Below, piece after piece: positions 60,654 to 64,000 of a stretch of 64,000 nt of DNA. The DNA lies in assembly GCA_963744145.1 (NCBI GenBank), contig CAVUSO010000001.1, positions 3,744,001 to 3,808,000 on the forward strand, read 5' to 3'. Position numbers and translations under genes: made by a program. This DNA is from an uncultured cyanobacterium (GTDB taxonomy: Bacteria; Cyanobacteriota; Cyanobacteriia; Cyanobacteriales; CAWUOF01). Position 1 is the stretch's first letter. The number at the start of each line of letters is the position of its first letter. Under the pieces are notes generated by a model, which searched no databases, was not told the DNA's origin, and saw only the letters and a program-made list of their open reading frames with translations.

Positions 60654-61928
60654 ATGAAAGTCTTATTCCTCCACCCTAACTTTCCAGCACAATTTCGTCA
60701 TGTAGCAGCAATTTTGGGCAGAGATCCAAACAACCAGGTGGTCTTTGGTGTCAAACACGAAAATCCGGAGTGGCAAATACCAGGAGTTCGGAGAGTATTA
60801 TTTAATCCTAACCGTGATCCTCATCAGAACACCCATCACTATGTCCGTAATTTTGAAAGTGCTGTAATCTATGGACAAGCAGTAGTGAGAATGGCAGAAC
60901 AGCTAAAAGCTGAAGGATTTGTCCCGGATTTAATTTACGGACATTCCGGTTGGGGACCGACAATGTTTATGAAAGATAGTTATCCCAACACACCATTACT
61001 ATGTTATTTTGAATGGTTTTATCAAGCGTTCGGGTCTGACGCGGACTTTGATCCCACAGAACCCTTGACCATGGATGACGTGGCCCGGATTCGCATGAAA
61101 AACGCACCTATTTTAATTGACCTATATACCTGCGATTGGGGTTTATCTCCCACCTATTGGCAACAAGCTCAGTTTCCCAAAGAATTTCAAAGCAAAATTT
61201 CTGTTCTCCATGATGGAGTAGATACAGATTTTTTTAAGCCCAAACCAGGAGCAAAATTAGTCTTACCAAATTTGGATTTATCAGGTGTTGATGAAATCGT
61301 TACTTATGTAGCCCGCGGAATGGAACCTTATCGAGGGTTTCCCGAATTTATCGAATCGATCGCTTATTTGCTCGAACGAAGAGCTAATTGTCATGTCGTA
61401 ATTGTGGCTACAGATCGGGTCTGCTATGGCAAATCTTTACCTAATGGTAAAACTTATAAGCAATTAATGTTAGAAAAAGTCCCCTTAGATCCGTCGCGGG
61501 TACATTTTGTGGGTTCTTTACCATACATTCTTTATCTGCAAGTGATCCAAGCGTCATCAGTTCATGTATATTTAACTCGACCTTTTGTTTTGTCTTGGTC
61601 GATGATTGAGTCAATGTCCACTGGATGCTTGGTGATTGGATCAAACACTGAACCTGTCAGCGAAGTTATTAAAGATGGTGAGAATGGATTGCTAGTGGAT
61701 TTCTTTGCTCCTAAACAAATTGCCGATCGGATTGAAGAAGTGCTTGATCATCCCAACCGGATGGCCCAAATCCGCGATCGCGCTCGTCAAACCGTTTTAG
61801 AGCGTTATTCTCACCAGGTAGTTTTACCTAAACATATTCAGTTAATGAATGAAGTTGCCAATCGTTCTTTACCACCCAAGGTAGATCTTAACTTACCACT
61901 AAAACCAGCCCTCAATTTTATTTTCTAA
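60654..61928 (+). CDS. GT4 glycosyltransferase
   Basis: LFLHPNFPAQF, GHSGWG, RGMEPYRGF, PFVLSWSMIE. Confidence 0.92.
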   Translation: MKVLFLHPNFPAQFRHVAAILGRDPNNQVVFGVKHENPEWQIPGVRRVLFNPNRDPHQNTHHYVRNFESAVIYGQAVVRMAEQLKAEGFVPDLIYGHSGWGPTMFMKDSYPNTPLLCYFEWFYQAFGSDADFDPTEPLTMDDVARIRMKNAPILIDLYTCDWGLSPTYWQQAQFPKEFQSKISVLHDGVDTDFFKPKPGAKLVLPNLDLSGVDEIVTYVARGMEPYRGFPEFIESIAYLLERRANCHVVIVATDRVCYGKSLPNGKTYKQLMLEKVPLDPSRVHFVGSLPYILYLQVIQASSVHVYLTRPFVLSWSMIESMSTGCLVIGSNTEPVSEVIKDGENGLLVDFFAPKQIADRIEEVLDHPNRMAQIRDRARQTVLERYSHQVVLPKHIQLMNEVANRSLPPKVDLNLPLKPALNFIF

Positions 61929-61935
61929 TCGGCTT

Positions 61936-62643
61936 ATGGATACTAAAGACGGGATTGATTACGAAGGTGCTTGGGATAATTATGCCCAAATCTGGCAACA
62001 GCAACATCCTGAATTACGCTATATCGGGGATGAATGGATTGGAAAAATGGCTGGAGCTGCTAATTCTCTGGCAGAATATGAAGCATTGATTGACCGTTTG
62101 TTTATCCAACCTTATATTAGTGCTGAAGATACAGTCCTGGAAATTGGGATAGGTGGTGGAAGGACAGCCGCTTTATTGCTGCAACGATGTCACAATTTAA
62201 TTTGTGCTGATATTGCGACCCAAATGCTGGAAGCTACTCGTCAACGTTTGGGAGAAGAAAGGGTAAGCTATGTAAAATTAAATGGGCTAACACTGGAACA
62301 GATTCCATCTCAATCAGTAGATGTCTGTTTTTGTTATGATACCATGGTGCATCTTGAACCAAGGGATATTTTTAACTATTTAACCTTGATTCCTCGGTTG
62401 ATGCGCGGTCGGGGGATTTGCATTTTTCATCATACCAATATTTTGAGTACCTGGGGTTGGCGCAAGTTCCTGAGCGAATGGGATCAAAATTTATTGGGAA
62501 AGCGTTCGGGAACAGCGTTTAGCGTGATGACTGATGGAATTATGGAAAAATTTCTCTCTTATCTTGATTATGAGGTGATCCTTAAAGACACCCAAAATGT
62601 TCCCCGTGATTGTGTTTGGATCTGTAAAGCTCCAGGATTATAG
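61936..62643 (+). CDS. Class I SAM methyltransferase
   Basis: VLEIGIGGGR, YDTMVHL. Confidence 0.85.
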   Translation: MDTKDGIDYEGAWDNYAQIWQQQHPELRYIGDEWIGKMAGAANSLAEYEALIDRLFIQPYISAEDTVLEIGIGGGRTAALLLQRCHNLICADIATQMLEATRQRLGEERVSYVKLNGLTLEQIPSQSVDVCFCYDTMVHLEPRDIFNYLTLIPRLMRGRGICIFHHTNILSTWGWRKFLSEWDQNLLGKRSGTAFSVMTDGIMEKFLSYLDYEVILKDTQNVPRDCVWICKAPGL

Positions 62644-62695
62644 GTTGGAGTTTTTTGCCCGCTGTTAATTATCCATTTTATCAAATTTGACGCCC

Positions 62696-64000
62696 ATGGT
62701 AACGGTTTCTGACAATATCGCGATCGCACTTTCAAATTTGCGCTCTGGAAAGCGCATAGAAGCTAAAGAAATTTATCAGCAAATCCTCCAACAAATTCCC
62801 AATCATCCAGATGCACTGCGTGGGTTAGGGATGATTGCTGGAGAAGAGGAAAATCAGTTAGCTGAAGCTTATCTGAAATCTGGGAAAATTGACCTAGCGA
62901 TCGCGACTGTACATCGCACTCTGCAATTATATCCAGATTATGCTGTTGCTTATAAAACTTTAGGCAATATTTACCTCAAGCAAGGTCAAGAAAATTTGGC
63001 TTTAGATGCTTATCAAAAGTCAGTAGAACTTGATCCTAATTTTGCTGAAGGATTGGCAAATATTGGTAGTGTTTATTATAAAAAGGGGCAATTAGATCAA
63101 GCGATTAATTATTATCAAAAAGCCATAAATATTAATCCGAATATCGCTGGTTTTTACTCGAATATGGCTAAGGTATTAGAAGAACAAGGTCGTCATTATG
63201 AATCTTTAACTTTTCAAGAGATGGCTCGTCAAATTCCGATTAATGCTAGTTTGGCGATCGCAGAACAAACTCAAAAGCCCAACTTTAATCAGCCGGGGGA
63301 ATTTAGGTTAAAATCTGATCCGGTCTCAATTGAAGTAGCTGAGAAATATCTAGCACAAGGTAATTTAATTGCTGCACTTAGTACAATTGAACAAGTCATT
63401 GCGATCGCTCCTTATGATGGGATTGCTTATAAAGTTTTGGGCAATATTTATCTCCATCAGGGTCAAAACTCAGACGCAATAAATGCTTATACAAAAGCCA
63501 TCCAACTCAAGCCAGATTTTGCTGAAGCTTATGGAAATATCGGGAATATTCATTATCGGAATCAAAATTGGGAAGAAGCAAAAAAATACTATCAAAAAGC
63601 GATCGAAATCAAACCAGATATAGCTGGATTTTATTGGAATTTAGGCAAAGTATTACAACGACAAGAAAAATTTGAAGAAGCCATCTTTAATCAACACAAA
63701 GCACTCCAATTACAGCCAGATTTAGTGTCGGCGGAAAATCATTATAATATAGGGAGTGTTTTTTTACATCAAGGTAAACTTGAGGAAGCATTGCAATGTT
63801 ATCAACGAGCAGCCGAATTAAACCCTACTATTCCAGAACCACCTTATCGAATCGGTGTTGTCTTACACCGACAAGGAAAATTTGATGAAGGAATTAGATA
63901 TTTTCACAAAGCGCTGGAAATAGATCCTGATTATATTCCTGCTTATCAAAGCTTATGTGATTTTAATTTGGGCAGAGATAAGTTTGTTGAAGCTAGAGCA
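62696..64000 (+). CDS. TPR-repeat protein (partial, runs off the window; absent from the ORF track)
   Basis: MVTVSDNIAIAL...IYQQILQQIPNHPDAL; AYKTLGNIY, FAEAYGNIG repeats. Confidence 0.85.
   Translation, partial: MVTVSDNIAIALSNLRSGKRIEAKEIYQQILQQIPNHPDALRGLGMIAGEEENQLAEAYLKSGKIDLAIATVHRTLQLYPDYAVAYKTLGNIYLKQGQENLALDAYQKSVELDPNFAEGLANIGSVYYKKGQLDQAINYYQKAININPNIAGFYSNMAKVLEEQGRHYESLTFQEMARQIPINASLAIAEQTQKPNFNQPGEFRLKSDPVSIEVAEKYLAQGNLIAALSTIEQVIAIAPYDGIAYKVLGNIYLHQGQNSDAINAYTKAIQLKPDFAEAYGNIGNIHYRNQNWEEAKKYYQKAIEIKPDIAGFYWNLGKVLQRQEKFEEAIFNQHKALQLQPDLVSAENHYNIGSVFLHQGKLEEALQCYQRAAELNPTIPEPPYRIGVVLHRQGKFDEGIRYFHKALEIDPDYIPAYQSLCDFNLGRDKFVEARA

Larger units (their letters stand above)
1..64000. 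repeat. HIP1 octamer GCGATCGC dispersed throughout the window
   Basis: Many copies in coding and intergenic DNA (e.g. 1381, 4553, 20024, 26149); hallmark of cyanobacteria. Confidence 0.95.

Noticed and set aside
229..61644. Numerous short ORFs overlapping long genes (e.g. 229-513, 2571-2930, 23599-23976, 39990-40319, 56655-57291)
   Set aside because: Shadow frames of well-supported genes with no motifs of their own

Overview
AT-rich cyanobacterial chromosomal segment, identified by very frequent HIP1 octamers (GCGATCGC) and by chlI, ycf35 and ycf65. (1) 0.1-13 kb: TPR, glycosyltransferase and sulfotransferase cluster, including an unusual methyltransferase-UbiA-TPR fusion. (2) 13-23.4 kb: Uma2, amino-acid ABC fusion, frmA, a DUF2997-ycf35-ferredoxin operon and a two-component/thioredoxin/CcdA locus. 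(3) 23.5-37.5 kb: an accessory/defence region with a degraded IS1, a WD40 remnant, a possible orphan toxin-immunity pair, several broken toxin-antitoxin modules, DUF790, two MITE families and a 64-bp tandem array. It also holds the best novel-system candidate: a type ISP/IIG-like N6-adenine methyltransferase with no recognisable nuclease domain, co-oriented with a 1417-aa PLD-nuclease / Ig-like / SNF2-helicase protein. (4) 37.6-51.9 kb: housekeeping genes (cobH, dapB, CHASE2-GGDEF-EAL, chlI, obgE, ycf65, ruvB) plus a 1.2-kb islet bounded by a duplicated Uma2 5' end. (5) 52-64 kb: wzm/wzt-type surface polysaccharide cluster with methyl-, sulfo- and glycosyltransferases. No rRNA, tRNA or CRISPR array was recognised. 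All family calls come from motif recognition by eye, not from database searches.
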